DNA of 63,964 nt, the filler included, from Acidimicrobiia bacterium (GTDB taxonomy: Bacteria > Actinomycetota > Acidimicrobiia > Spongiisociales > CAZKJJ01), in NCBI GenBank assembly GCA_046759765.1. It is 3 parts of 3 records of this genome, joined end to end, with 100 filler letters (N's around TTAATTAATTAA, not from the genome) between each part and the next. Parts side by side here need not be neighbours in the genome. Positions count along the whole stretch, not along the records: positions 1 to 27,039 come from JBHICV010000018.1; positions 27,140 to 53,923 come from JBHICV010000019.1; 1 more part is not named here. One strand, 5' to 3'. Made by a program: the position numbers and the translations under genes. A model generated the notes under the pieces. That model did no database searches. It was not told where the DNA came from and saw only the letters and a list, made by a program, of their open reading frames with translations. Of this stretch, positions 18,859 through 27,575 are shown piece by piece; position 1 is the first letter of the stretch, and every line of letters starts with the position of its first letter.

Positions 18859-19995
18859 TTGATTTTCGACGACCACGCGTTTGGGCGCCTACTTGCCAGT
18901 ACGGCGTTCCCCAAGGTGTCCCTGTTGATGCCCACACACGGAGCTCAGGCCTCAGCAGCACAGGATCCGATCCGGTACGAGCACCTGGTACGGGACGCGG
19001 AGCAAGAAATGCACATCGTCGGCACCGATCGGGATCTCATCCGTCAACTCGGCCGCAATCTGCGCGGCCTGGTCAAGCCGGGCGGGTTCTGGCGAGCCCA
19101 ATCCGCCGCGCTGGCCGTGTTCACCTCGCCCGAGGGCACACTGTCATACCGGATCCCACTGAAGGTAAGTGAGCTGTCGATCGTCGGGGTGGAGTTCCAG
19201 CTGGCTCCCCTGGTCCCGGTAGCGCGAGCGGCGCGTTTCGCGGTCTTAGCGGTGAGTCGGGCCGCGGCCCGTCTATTCGAGGGAAACCGCTTCGAGCTGA
19301 GGGAGTTCGAACTCAAGGGTGCGCCAAGTGGACTCGACGACATCACGCAGTACTACGAGCTCGAACGCCAGCTTCAGTTCCGTCAGGCCTCGACTGCCGG
19401 GAGAGGAACTCAGGTGGCGATGTTCCACGGCCACGGGATCGGAGAAGGACGCGGCAAGGAGATGGTCCTTCAATACCTGCGAGCAGTCGATGAAAGCGTG
19501 CGGAGGGCCCTTCCCTCGGGCAGGGTTCCCCTATTAGCTGCAGGGCCGGCCGAGCTCCCCGCGCTCTACGGCCAGGTCTCGACCTATGGCTCTCTCCTGG
19601 ATAGGCATCTGGAGCTGAACCCGGATGGGCTCGATGAGAAGACGCTCCGCGAGAGGGCTCTCGAACTGATCATGCCCATGCTGAAGGAACGGGTGCAGGA
19701 GGCCGTGGATCAATATCTGGCTTTGGCCGGCACGGGCAGAACCTCTACCAGCATCCCGGAGCTGGCCGCAGCTGCCTTTCAGGGCCGAGTAGACACGCTC
19801 CTCGTGAGCGACCTGACCCCGGTCTGGGGAACTTTCGACCCTGAATCCTCGAAGGTCGAGGTGCACGACTCCCGGCAACCGGGCGACCGAGAGCTGATCA
19901 ACTTGACCACCGTGAACACTCTGCGGAACGGCGGAAGCGTCATACCGGTAACGCCTGACGCCGCTCCCGAAGTGGCCGCCGTTTTTCGTTTCTAA
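18859..19995 (+). CDS. baeRF-type (aeRF1-like) protein, possible Balon-like hibernation factor
   Basis: VSLLMPTH, QDPIR, LAVF, RLFEG, FHGHG, GRVDTLL, TLRNGGSV, AAVFRF C-terminus; no GGQ. Confidence 0.8.
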   Translation: MIFDDHAFGRLLASTAFPKVSLLMPTHGAQASAAQDPIRYEHLVRDAEQEMHIVGTDRDLIRQLGRNLRGLVKPGGFWRAQSAALAVFTSPEGTLSYRIPLKVSELSIVGVEFQLAPLVPVARAARFAVLAVSRAAARLFEGNRFELREFELKGAPSGLDDITQYYELERQLQFRQASTAGRGTQVAMFHGHGIGEGRGKEMVLQYLRAVDESVRRALPSGRVPLLAAGPAELPALYGQVSTYGSLLDRHLELNPDGLDEKTLRERALELIMPMLKERVQEAVDQYLALAGTGRTSTSIPELAAAAFQGRVDTLLVSDLTPVWGTFDPESSKVEVHDSRQPGDRELINLTTVNTLRNGGSVIPVTPDAAPEVAAVFRF

Positions 19996-19998
19996 CCG

Positions 19999-20024
19999 GG
20001 AACTGAACCCTCGGAAGGTCCGTT
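19999..20024 (+). promoter_or_regulatory. SigH/SigE/SigR-type promoter
   Basis: GGAAC-N18-GTT upstream of the lipoprotein and AhpD-like genes. Confidence 0.5.
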
Positions 20025-20057
20025 AGTCGGGCAGTGACAGGAGCTACGGTGTCCACC

Positions 20058-20537
20058 ATGCCCCGCGTTGCGGCCACCCTCGTACTCGGGCTGATCGCGT
20101 CGGCCTGTACCGCAGACGAATTGGCGAAACCGCCTGCCACCACCGCAGCCGTTGTCACGACCGCTGCCCCTACGACGACGCTGGCTCCTACGGCTTCGGC
20201 GACGACCATCAGCTTGCCCACCAAGACGATTCCTTCGTATCAGGTAGTCGAGAGAGTTGCGGGCACCGAAGGAGACGTCCTCATCGTGCTGCTGGAGGAA
20301 GGAACGTACGACGACCTCGATATCGAGAACCTGATGCTCCATCTGGTCGATGAATTCGCTCCTTTCGGAATCCACGTCGTCAATAACGAGGCCGCGGTTG
20401 AGCTGGTGCTGGCTGAGGATATGGAGCTCGATGACCCAGTATTGGCCGAGCACTACTTGGCTCGGCTGGAAAACGGAAACAAGGTTGTGTTTGCCGGTCC
20501 GCTCGCCGGAGAGGGCTGGTTCCTGGTCGGCTCCTGA
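20058..20537 (+). CDS. Hypothetical lipoprotein
   Basis: Signal peptide ending ASAC, Thr/Ala/Pro linker, acidic domain. Confidence 0.75.
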   Translation: MPRVAATLVLGLIASACTADELAKPPATTAAVVTTAAPTTTLAPTASATTISLPTKTIPSYQVVERVAGTEGDVLIVLLEEGTYDDLDIENLMLHLVDEFAPFGIHVVNNEAAVELVLAEDMELDDPVLAEHYLARLENGNKVVFAGPLAGEGWFLVGS

Positions 20538-20582
20538 CCCAACGCCCTAGGTTCATCTCCACAGATCAGAAGGGGAAGATCG

Positions 20583-20921
20583 ATGGGCCACTATCACGAC
20601 CTACAGAGGGCGCTGTCTGCTTCAGGGCGGGAGCTCCGAGGCCATATTCCCGGCGTGTACGAGGGGTACTCCCAGATGAGCCGGAGCGCTCTCGAAGACG
20701 GTGCTCTCCCCGGCCGCGTAAAGGAGCTCATGGCACTCGCCATCGCAGTGGTCGAGGAGTGTGATGGTTGTATCGCGGCGCATGCCCGACGGGCGGCGCG
20801 GCGTGGCTCCTCTCCCCAAGAAGTGGCGGAGGCGCTGGGCGTTGCGATCTTGATGTCGGGAGGGCCCGCCACCGTCTACGGACCCCGAGCCTGGGACGCC
20901 TTCCAGGAGTTCAGTCAATGA
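20583..20921 (+). CDS. Carboxymuconolactone decarboxylase/AhpD family protein
   Basis: KELMALAIAV..ECDGCIAAH..EVAEA. Confidence 0.9.
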   Translation: MGHYHDLQRALSASGRELRGHIPGVYEGYSQMSRSALEDGALPGRVKELMALAIAVVEECDGCIAAHARRAARRGSSPQEVAEALGVAILMSGGPATVYGPRAWDAFQEFSQ

Positions 20922-20923
20922 GG

Positions 20924-20972
20924 GTTTCTGTCAGTAACGGGCGCCCCTGGCGGGACCACGACTGACACGAAC
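20924..20972. repeat. 49-bp REP-like element, subfamily B
   Basis: GTTTCTGTCAGT..ACTGACACGAAC between convergent genes. Confidence 0.85.
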
Positions 20973-20977
20973 GCGTC

Positions 20978-21718
20978 CTAGCCCGGGTAGGGCACTAAGG
21001 ACTCGGCGACGGCCAATGCACGGGCGAGGTCGAGCCCTGACTCGATCCGAGCGGTTACCCCGTCCCGGACGAACAGCAGCGTGTTACCGACCAGACGGGC
21101 CCGGTCCTCTCGGATCTCTCCCGAAGGGTCGAGCACAAACAAGACATGGTCTCCTTCGACCCAGAATCCCGAATCTCCACCGACGCTCACGACAGTTACG
21201 CTGCCCTCCGGGCCGACCGCTTTCTCGAGGAGCCCCATGTCGGTCTGACCAGACATCTGAGTGATGACGAGTCCGTAAGTGCCATCACCCGATGAGTAGG
21301 CCAGCGTGACGAGTCCGCCGGCAATGGATTGGTCGAGAAAAACGAGGTCTGGCGGGCCCGCGGCCTCGGGCACCAACAACTCGAACTTCACGGCTGACTG
21401 GGCTTCCTCGAGGCTCGCAGGCTCGCCCGTGAACTCAGATGCCGCCGGAACGGCCGGTAGTTCAGGAAGGATCGCGATGCTCACGCCTCCGATTCCGAGG
21501 AGTTCGGCCACCGCCCTACGGGGACCGGGCAAGGCGACGACCAGGGCGACGACAAGCGCGACCGCCACGGTGGCGATCCTGAGCAGCCGGCGAGGTGCGC
21601 GAGCGGGGGGCCGAGAAGGCAGCCGGGCCGTGACCGCCTCGGCTAAGTCGGGCGTTGCCGGGAACGCCACGTCGCTGCCGAGATCGAGCAGCAGGGCCTC
21701 CAGCCTTCCCTCATCCAT
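20978..21718 (-). CDS. Putative transmembrane anti-sigma factor
   Basis: Short N-terminus, one TM, extracytoplasmic domain; overlaps the ECF sigma stop. Confidence 0.65.
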   Translation of the reverse strand: MDEGRLEALLLDLGSDVAFPATPDLAEAVTARLPSRPPARAPRRLLRIATVAVALVVALVVALPGPRRAVAELLGIGGVSIAILPELPAVPAASEFTGEPASLEEAQSAVKFELLVPEAAGPPDLVFLDQSIAGGLVTLAYSSGDGTYGLVITQMSGQTDMGLLEKAVGPEGSVTVVSVGGDSGFWVEGDHVLFVLDPSGEIREDRARLVGNTLLFVRDGVTARIESGLDLARALAVAESLVPYPG

Positions 21719-22277
21719 GACCGTCACCTTCATCCATGGCTACCCTCAAGCGACCGAGCGCCCGGGACAGGCGCGATTTCACAGTTCCACGAGGAATCCC
21801 CACCACCCTGGCCGTCTCGTCCGTGGTCAGCTCGAGGAAGTATCGAAGTCCCACGATCATTCTCTCCCGGTCGGGGAGGTCATTGACGGCTTGGAGCAGG
21901 GCGCGTCGAGTCTCCGCCTCCTCGAGGACCACCTCGGGGGACGGGACCGCGTCCCCCGAGGCGACCTGCCGTCCTGCCTTCGTCTCATAGACCAGGCGGC
22001 GGCCCGACGACCGGCGTCGATTCTTTGCCTCGTTGGCGACGATCCGTAGCAGCCAAGGACGGAAAGCCGATCCGGCTCGAAACCGATCAAGGGAAGAGAA
22101 GGCCTTGACGAATGCCTCCTGGGTTGCGTCCTCCGCCTCGGCTGCCGAGCCCGTGATGAGGTAGGAGACCCTAAAGGCGATCTCACTGTGTAGCTCCACG
22201 AGCTCGGCAAAGGCGGCACGATCTCCCTCCTTGGCCCGGGTGGCCAACTCTGCGTCGCCGAGTGGTCGGTCCCCCAC
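21711..22277 (-). CDS. ECF RNA polymerase sigma factor
   Basis: AEDATQEAFVKA, FRPWLLRI, GIPRGTVKSRLSR. Confidence 0.93.
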   Translation of the reverse strand: MGDRPLGDAELATRAKEGDRAAFAELVELHSEIAFRVSYLITGSAAEAEDATQEAFVKAFSSLDRFRAGSAFRPWLLRIVANEAKNRRRSSGRRLVYETKAGRQVASGDAVPSPEVVLEEAETRRALLQAVNDLPDRERMIVGLRYFLELTTDETARVVGIPRGTVKSRLSRALGRLRVAMDEGDGHG

Positions 22278-22290
22278 CCTGATGTTCGTT

Positions 22291-22971
22291 TCACGGCACG
22301 CTTACGCGCCGCGGGCGCCTCCTCGTCGCCCACCAGACGCCTGCACCGCTCGCAGCCACGATCAGGATGATTACCGGCAACCTCGGGAATGCAGGAGCCG
22401 AAGCATCGGGCACGGCGAATTCGGTCGCTTCAGCAGCCGGCGCATCCCTCGGGGCCCCTTTCGGTTCGGTCTCGACCGGTATCGCGGTGGAGGCTCCAAT
22501 CACGGGAACGCCGTAGGAAGCCATAAGGTCCAGGAGGGTCGGTTCGGCGGCGAACCAGCCCCCAACCGTCTCGGTTTCGAAGTCCTCGATTGTGATCCCA
22601 GGCTCGACGAAAATAAGAGGACCGCCGTCGGCGCGGGGATAAACGTTCGCCTCGATGCGGTTCCGCAGTAGATGCCAGGTGACGACATAGGCGGGTCCGA
22701 GGTCGGTAGATGGCGGTGCGGCAACCGTCTCTCCCATCTCAGAGCGGATCCCTTCGGCGCCGAACACCAGATGCCAGAAGCCGGTTGCCTCGATGAACTT
22801 CGAGAATTCACTTCCGTTGGAGAACTCGCCGGATCCTCCGATGACGATTGGCTCACCAATACCGGGTCCGGTGATAGTTGCTCCCTCGGGTCCTTTGGCC
22901 CAAGCAACTCCTGCCATAGCCGATAACAACAGCAGTATGACAAGGGTCGGGACGACAAGACGTTTCCGCAT
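22291..22971 (-). CDS. Hypothetical secreted protein with C-terminal membrane anchor
   Basis: Signal peptide (AWA-KGP), C-terminal TM plus basic tail; GGAG RBS. Confidence 0.75.
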   Translation of the reverse strand: MRKRLVVPTLVILLLLSAMAGVAWAKGPEGATITGPGIGEPIVIGGSGEFSNGSEFSKFIEATGFWHLVFGAEGIRSEMGETVAAPPSTDLGPAYVVTWHLLRNRIEANVYPRADGGPLIFVEPGITIEDFETETVGGWFAAEPTLLDLMASYGVPVIGASTAIPVETEPKGAPRDAPAAEATEFAVPDASAPAFPRLPVIILIVAASGAGVWWATRRRPRRVSVP

Positions 22972-23001
22972 AGTTACTCCTACATAGTGGCTCAACGCTC
23001 A

Positions 23002-23027
23002 TACACCGCTCGAGCCGCCCGGGTTCA
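23002..23027 (-). promoter_or_regulatory. Putative ECF promoter of the three-gene operon
   Basis: TGAACC-N16-TGTA on the minus strand. Confidence 0.4.
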
Positions 23028-23043
23028 CGAATTTCGTCGGTAC

Positions 23044-24408
23044 TCAGAGGAGAAGCGTGGCGACGAGGAGGAAGCCACCGAACCCGACGAGATCGGTGAT
23101 CAGGGTCAAGAAAATGTTGGAGGCTTGCGCCGGGTCCCGCCCTAAGCGCCGAAAGACGATGGGGATTCCCGCACCGGCAAATCCGGCAATCGTCATGTTC
23201 GCCAATACCCCGAGGCCGACGACGACGCCAATCCGGAGGTCGGTCAGCACCGCCGCGATCAGACCCGAGATTGCACCCATCGCCAGGCCGTTGAGAGCGC
23301 CGATGATTGTCTGGCGGCCGATCACCGACCACTCCCGATTCGGCGGTACATCTCCGACCGCCATCGCCCGGATCACAACGGCCAGGCTCTGGGCGCCAGT
23401 ATTCCCTCCCATTAGAGCCACCACCGGCATTAGTGCAGCCAGGATCGTGTTGGCTTCTATCACCCCGGTCTGACGCTCGACCACCACGGCGACGATGGCT
23501 GCCAACACAAGATTGACCGCGATCCAAGGAAGCCGCATGCGAATCGAACGAGGAACAGGGGTGTAGACGGTCTCGGTCGCGCCGGCACCAACCGCCTGGG
23601 CGAAGTCCTCCGAGGCCTCCTGCTGGGCGGCCTCTATGGCTTCCTCAACGCTGACCATCCCGAGCAGGCGGCGATCATCGTCGATGACCGGGAGGCTGAA
23701 CAGGTTGTAGCGCTTGATGAGATCGGCGACTATCTCGCGGTCGGTCTCAGCCGTGACCGCCACCGGGTTGTGAACCATCACCTGGTCTAAACCCGTGGCC
23801 GGTCGGGCAAAGACGAGCTCACGAAACGAGAGCACTCCCACCAGCCTCTCGCCCTCGTCCGTGATGTAAACGTAGGAGAGGTCGTCGAGCGTCTCGTGTA
23901 GGCGCCGAAGTGCCTCAACTGCCTCCCCGACATCCATGCCGATCGGCAGACGAGCGACGGCGGTCTTCATCATCCCGCCCGCCGAGTCGGGCGGATAGGT
24001 CAGAAGCTGTTCGATGTGGGCGATGGCGTAGTCGTCCATCTCGGCCATCACCGCCTCATACATCTCAGGCTCGAGCTCGGCGACCAGATCGGCGGCCTCG
24101 TCGGCCTGCATCTGTTCGATGAGGGCGGCGGCAGCGGCGGCCGGCAGCTCCGCCAGCAGATCGGCTCCCATCTCGGGTCGCATCTCGTCGAGAACGTACG
24201 CCGCGCTCTCTTCCTCGAGCTCAGTGATCAGGCCTGCCGCCGCTTGGTCGTCCAGCTCCTCGAGGATGTCGGCGGCGTCGTGAGGATCAGCTTCCGCCAG
24301 TTCCTCCCACTCACCGGTGTGCTCGTCGAGGTACTCCTCTACCTGCTCGGGACGGCGACGCGCCAAGTCGCGAAGGCGCATCGCGAGCTCGCGGGGCCGT
24401 CTCAACAT
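23044..24408 (-). CDS. mgtE: Magnesium transporter MgtE
   Basis: Acidic N domain, YPPDSAGGMM, CBS pair, RLPW, GGNTGAQ, DPA..TD. Confidence 0.95.
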   Translation of the reverse strand: MLRRPRELAMRLRDLARRRPEQVEEYLDEHTGEWEELAEADPHDAADILEELDDQAAAGLITELEEESAAYVLDEMRPEMGADLLAELPAAAAAALIEQMQADEAADLVAELEPEMYEAVMAEMDDYAIAHIEQLLTYPPDSAGGMMKTAVARLPIGMDVGEAVEALRRLHETLDDLSYVYITDEGERLVGVLSFRELVFARPATGLDQVMVHNPVAVTAETDREIVADLIKRYNLFSLPVIDDDRRLLGMVSVEEAIEAAQQEASEDFAQAVGAGATETVYTPVPRSIRMRLPWIAVNLVLAAIVAVVVERQTGVIEANTILAALMPVVALMGGNTGAQSLAVVIRAMAVGDVPPNREWSVIGRQTIIGALNGLAMGAISGLIAAVLTDLRIGVVVGLGVLANMTIAGFAGAGIPIVFRRLGRDPAQASNIFLTLITDLVGFGGFLLVATLLL

Positions 24409-24420
24409 GGCGACCAACCC

Positions 24421-24529
24421 GTTCTTGTGACGTTTGAAGACCGTATGGGTAGTTGAGCGTCACAAGAACGTAACGGCCCAGTTCGTGTGTCGTTTGAAGA
24501 CCGTATGGGTAGGTGAGCGTCACAAGAAC
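24421..24529. repeat. Tandem pair of 49-bp subfamily A elements (60-bp period)
   Basis: Copies at 24421-24469 and 24481-24529. Confidence 0.92.
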
Positions 24530-24583
24530 AAAGGGTCGACATCTGGAAAGCTCCTGATGGCCGGCGACAGCGTACCGGGCGGC

Positions 24584-25060
24584 TCAGCCGTTGAAGGGTC
24601 GCACACCTCGGACGGTGACTCGAAACGTCCCGCTAGGGGCCTCGTAGGAGACGACCTCGCCCACTTCGGCACCGAGGACAGCTCGCCCGATCGGGCTGGT
24701 GGGGGAAGCGAGAACATAGCCGGGGACCTTGTTTTCGGTCGGTGCAACGAACAGCTCCATCTCGCTTCCGTCTTCGTCGCTCAGTGTCACGACACACCCG
24801 ATCTCGACTCGTTCGGTGGCCTCTGGCGTGCTGATCTCAGCCTGGTCGAGTAAGCGCCGGATCTTGCGAATACGAGCTTCGAGCAGGCCCTGTTCGTCCT
24901 TGGCGGCTTCGTAGTCGGCGTTCTCCCGGATGTCCCCGTGCGAACGCGCCTCGGCCAGCCGGTCAGCCGCGTCCGCTCGTCCTTCTGTCTCGAGATACTG
25001 CAGCTCCTCGATCAATCGCTGGTGAGCGTCGGGCGTCAGCCAGGTGGTGTCCTCAGTCAC
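24584..25060 (-). CDS. greA: Transcription elongation factor GreA
   Basis: ARSHGDIRENADYEAAKDEQ, SPIGRAVLG. Confidence 0.95.
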   Translation of the reverse strand: MTEDTTWLTPDAHQRLIEELQYLETEGRADAADRLAEARSHGDIRENADYEAAKDEQGLLEARIRKIRRLLDQAEISTPEATERVEIGCVVTLSDEDGSEMELFVAPTENKVPGYVLASPTSPIGRAVLGAEVGEVVSYEAPSGTFRVTVRGVRPFNG

Positions 25061-25079
25061 GGCGGGGCAGGATAGCTCT

Positions 25080-26000
25080 GTGCAGCAGCCGGCCTCTGCG
25101 GACCGAGACCCAGACGCACGCGCGGCCCGTGGGGTGGTTCTTTCACTCCTCGCCGCGTCGCTGTGGGGCGTAAGCGGCGCCATCGCAGCAGGTGCCTTTT
25201 CTTCGGTGTCACCCTTTCGAGTGTCGCAAGGGCGGTTCGTCGTCGCGGCGCTCGTTCTGGTCCCGTATGCCGTCTGGCGAGGTGCCCGTGTACCTCAAGG
25301 AGAAGCAACCCCACTCCTGGTATTCGGCATCAACATGGCTCTGGTTACCGGTGCCTTCTACACGTCGATCGATCGGCTGGGCGTGGGTCCGGGAGCGACG
25401 ATCCAGTTCCTCGGTCCGATCCTGGTTCTGTTCTGGATGAAGTATCGGCAGAAGCGACGGGTCTCGGACGTCGTCTGGGTCGCCGCCGTCCTGGCCCTGA
25501 TAGGGACAGCCTTTCTCACGCAGGCCTGGGACTCGGCTTCCCTCGACATGTTGGGCCTGCTAGCAGGACTCGCCGCCGCGGTGCTGTTCGCCTCCTATCT
25601 GCTCATTGGAGAGGCGCTCAGCCATCGCGTGGGACCGATGACTGCGGTAACCGGCGGCGTGGTTGTCGCGGCCGCGTTCTGGCTCCTCGCCGTGCCCTTC
25701 TGGCAGCAGACCTACGCTCTGTCCGCTGACGTCTGGGCGGCTCTCTTATGGGTGGGGATTGCGGGAACCGCCCTTCCCTTTCTTGCTGAGCTGGCTGCGC
25801 TGCGGTATGTCGCCTCCGGAGTCGTGGGGGTGATCGCGACCGTCGAACCCGTCATCGCCGCGATTGCAGCGTGGGTGCTGCTCGAACAGATCCTCGAGCC
25901 GATCCAGATCATCGGTGGTCTTCTGGTGATCGCGGCAGTGGCCTCTGTTCAACGGTGGGGGCTGCCCCAAATCGAAGTGCCGATCGATGCCGGTCGCTAG
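25080..26000 (+). CDS. EamA family transporter
   Basis: About 10 TM, SLWG, EPVIAAIAAWVLLEQ. Confidence 0.9.
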   Translation: MQQPASADRDPDARAARGVVLSLLAASLWGVSGAIAAGAFSSVSPFRVSQGRFVVAALVLVPYAVWRGARVPQGEATPLLVFGINMALVTGAFYTSIDRLGVGPGATIQFLGPILVLFWMKYRQKRRVSDVVWVAAVLALIGTAFLTQAWDSASLDMLGLLAGLAAAVLFASYLLIGEALSHRVGPMTAVTGGVVVAAAFWLLAVPFWQQTYALSADVWAALLWVGIAGTALPFLAELAALRYVASGVVGVIATVEPVIAAIAAWVLLEQILEPIQIIGGLLVIAAVASVQRWGLPQIEVPIDAGR

Positions 26001-26038
26001 GGCCGTAACATTCCCGCCCCAGTGAACGGAGCGAGCCC

Positions 26039-27039
26039 TTGAGCCTTCCCGAGATCGAGACCCCGCGCTCGGATGTTGTAGATGACTATCACGGCACCGT
26101 GGTCGCTGATCCATTCCGGTGGGCAGAAGACATGGATGCTCCAGAGACGGAGAAGTGGGTTGAAGCGCAGAACGAAAGGACTGCGTCTTATCTGGCGGAC
26201 ACCTCCCAGGCTGAGATCCGAAGTCGCATCGAGCAGTTGTGGGACTTCCCGCGAACGGCGGTTCCGCGCCGGCGCGCAGACTGGTACTTCTTCACTCACA
26301 ACGACGGTCTGCAGGACCAGCCGGTGTTGTATCGCCGCCGCGGCCTCAACAGCTCGGACCACGTGGTTCTGGACCCGAACACTTTCAGCGAGGACGGGGC
26401 GGTGGCACTGGTCGACTACTCGGTCACGGACGCCGGGTCCCTGATGGCCTATACCGTGGCCGAGGCGGGTAGTGACTGGCAGACCGTCCGGGTGTACGAC
26501 CTGGAGCAGGGCCGTGAGCTGCCCGACGAGCTCCACTTCGTCAAGTACACCTACCTGCCTTGGCTTCCGGACGTGTCTGGATTCCTCTATGAGCGTTTCC
26601 CGGAGCCCGGCCCGGACGTCCGTCCCAGCACTGACCAGAAGGTCTACTTCCACACTCTCGGGACTGATCAGGATGAGGACGTCCTCGTCTATGAACGGCC
26701 CGACGACCCCGACCTCGGCTTCATCACCACCATCTCTGACGACAAGGAGTACCTATTCCTTTACACGTGGCGTGGTACGGAGCCGCGCAACGGTCTTTAT
26801 TATCGGTCGCTCGCAGACGATGGCGACTTCGTCCGGCTTCTGGAAGACGGAGAGGCCAAGTACGAGCTGGCAGGGAACGTCGGGAGCCGAATATTTCTTC
26901 TAACCGACCTCAGCGCCGATCGGGGCAAGATCATCGCCATCGATCTCGAGGACCCAGCTCGCGAAAACTGGGAGCACGTTGTCCCCGAGGGTGACGACAC
27001 TTTGCAGACGGCGGTGATCGTCGGCGACCGGATTCTGGC
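26039..27039 (+). CDS. Prolyl oligopeptidase (S9A), N-terminal part, truncated by contig end
   Basis: DDYHGTVVADPFRW.ED, NDGLQDQ, LDPN, GSDW. Confidence 0.92.
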
Positions 27040-27139
27040 NNNNNNNNNNNNNNNNNNNNNNNNNNNNNNNNNNNNNNNNNNNNTTAATTAATTAANNNNN
27101 NNNNNNNNNNNNNNNNNNNNNNNNNNNNNNNNNNNNNNN
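27040..27139. other. Artificial contig linker
   Basis: N44-TTAATTAATTAA-N44 (stops in all frames). Confidence 0.98.
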
Positions 27140-27575
27140 GGTTTGACGTTCAGTTTGGAGGGGGTGCCGCCTGCGGGGGCGTCGATCGATCCGGTGTCGG
27201 GGGTGTTCTCGTGGACGCCGTCGGAGGCGCAGGGTCCGGGGGTTTATCCGGTCACGGTGCGGGTGACTGACGACGGCACCCCCAGTCTGTTCGACGAGGA
27301 GATCGTGTCGGTGACCGTCAATGAGGTGAATGTGGTGCCGGTCCTGTCTCCGATTGGGGCGCAGTCGGGTGATGAGGGGACGTTGATCACGTTCACGGCG
27401 ACTGCCACTGATGCGGATGTTCCGGCTAACGGTTTGACGTTCAGTTTGGAGGGGGTGCCGCCTGCGGGGGCGTCGATCGATCCGGTGTCGGGGGTGTTCT
27501 CGTGGACGCCGTCGGAGGCGCAGGGTCCGGGGGTTTATCCGGTCACGGTCCGGGTGACTGATGACGGCACTCCCA
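27140..27575 (+). repeat. 291-bp intragenic tandem repeat
   Basis: 27140-27258 is identical to 27431-27549. Confidence 0.95.

Noticed and set aside
24421..24529. Direct repeats with 60-bp period (also 37694-37802, 47241-47350) as mini CRISPR arrays
   Set aside because: Only two units, 49-bp repeats with 11-12 nt gaps, dispersed single copies, no cas genes.
27040..27139. TTAATTAATTAA palindrome in N runs (also 53924-54023)
   Set aside because: Artificial all-frame-stop linker; truncations and cross-gap gene neighbourhoods are assembly artefacts.
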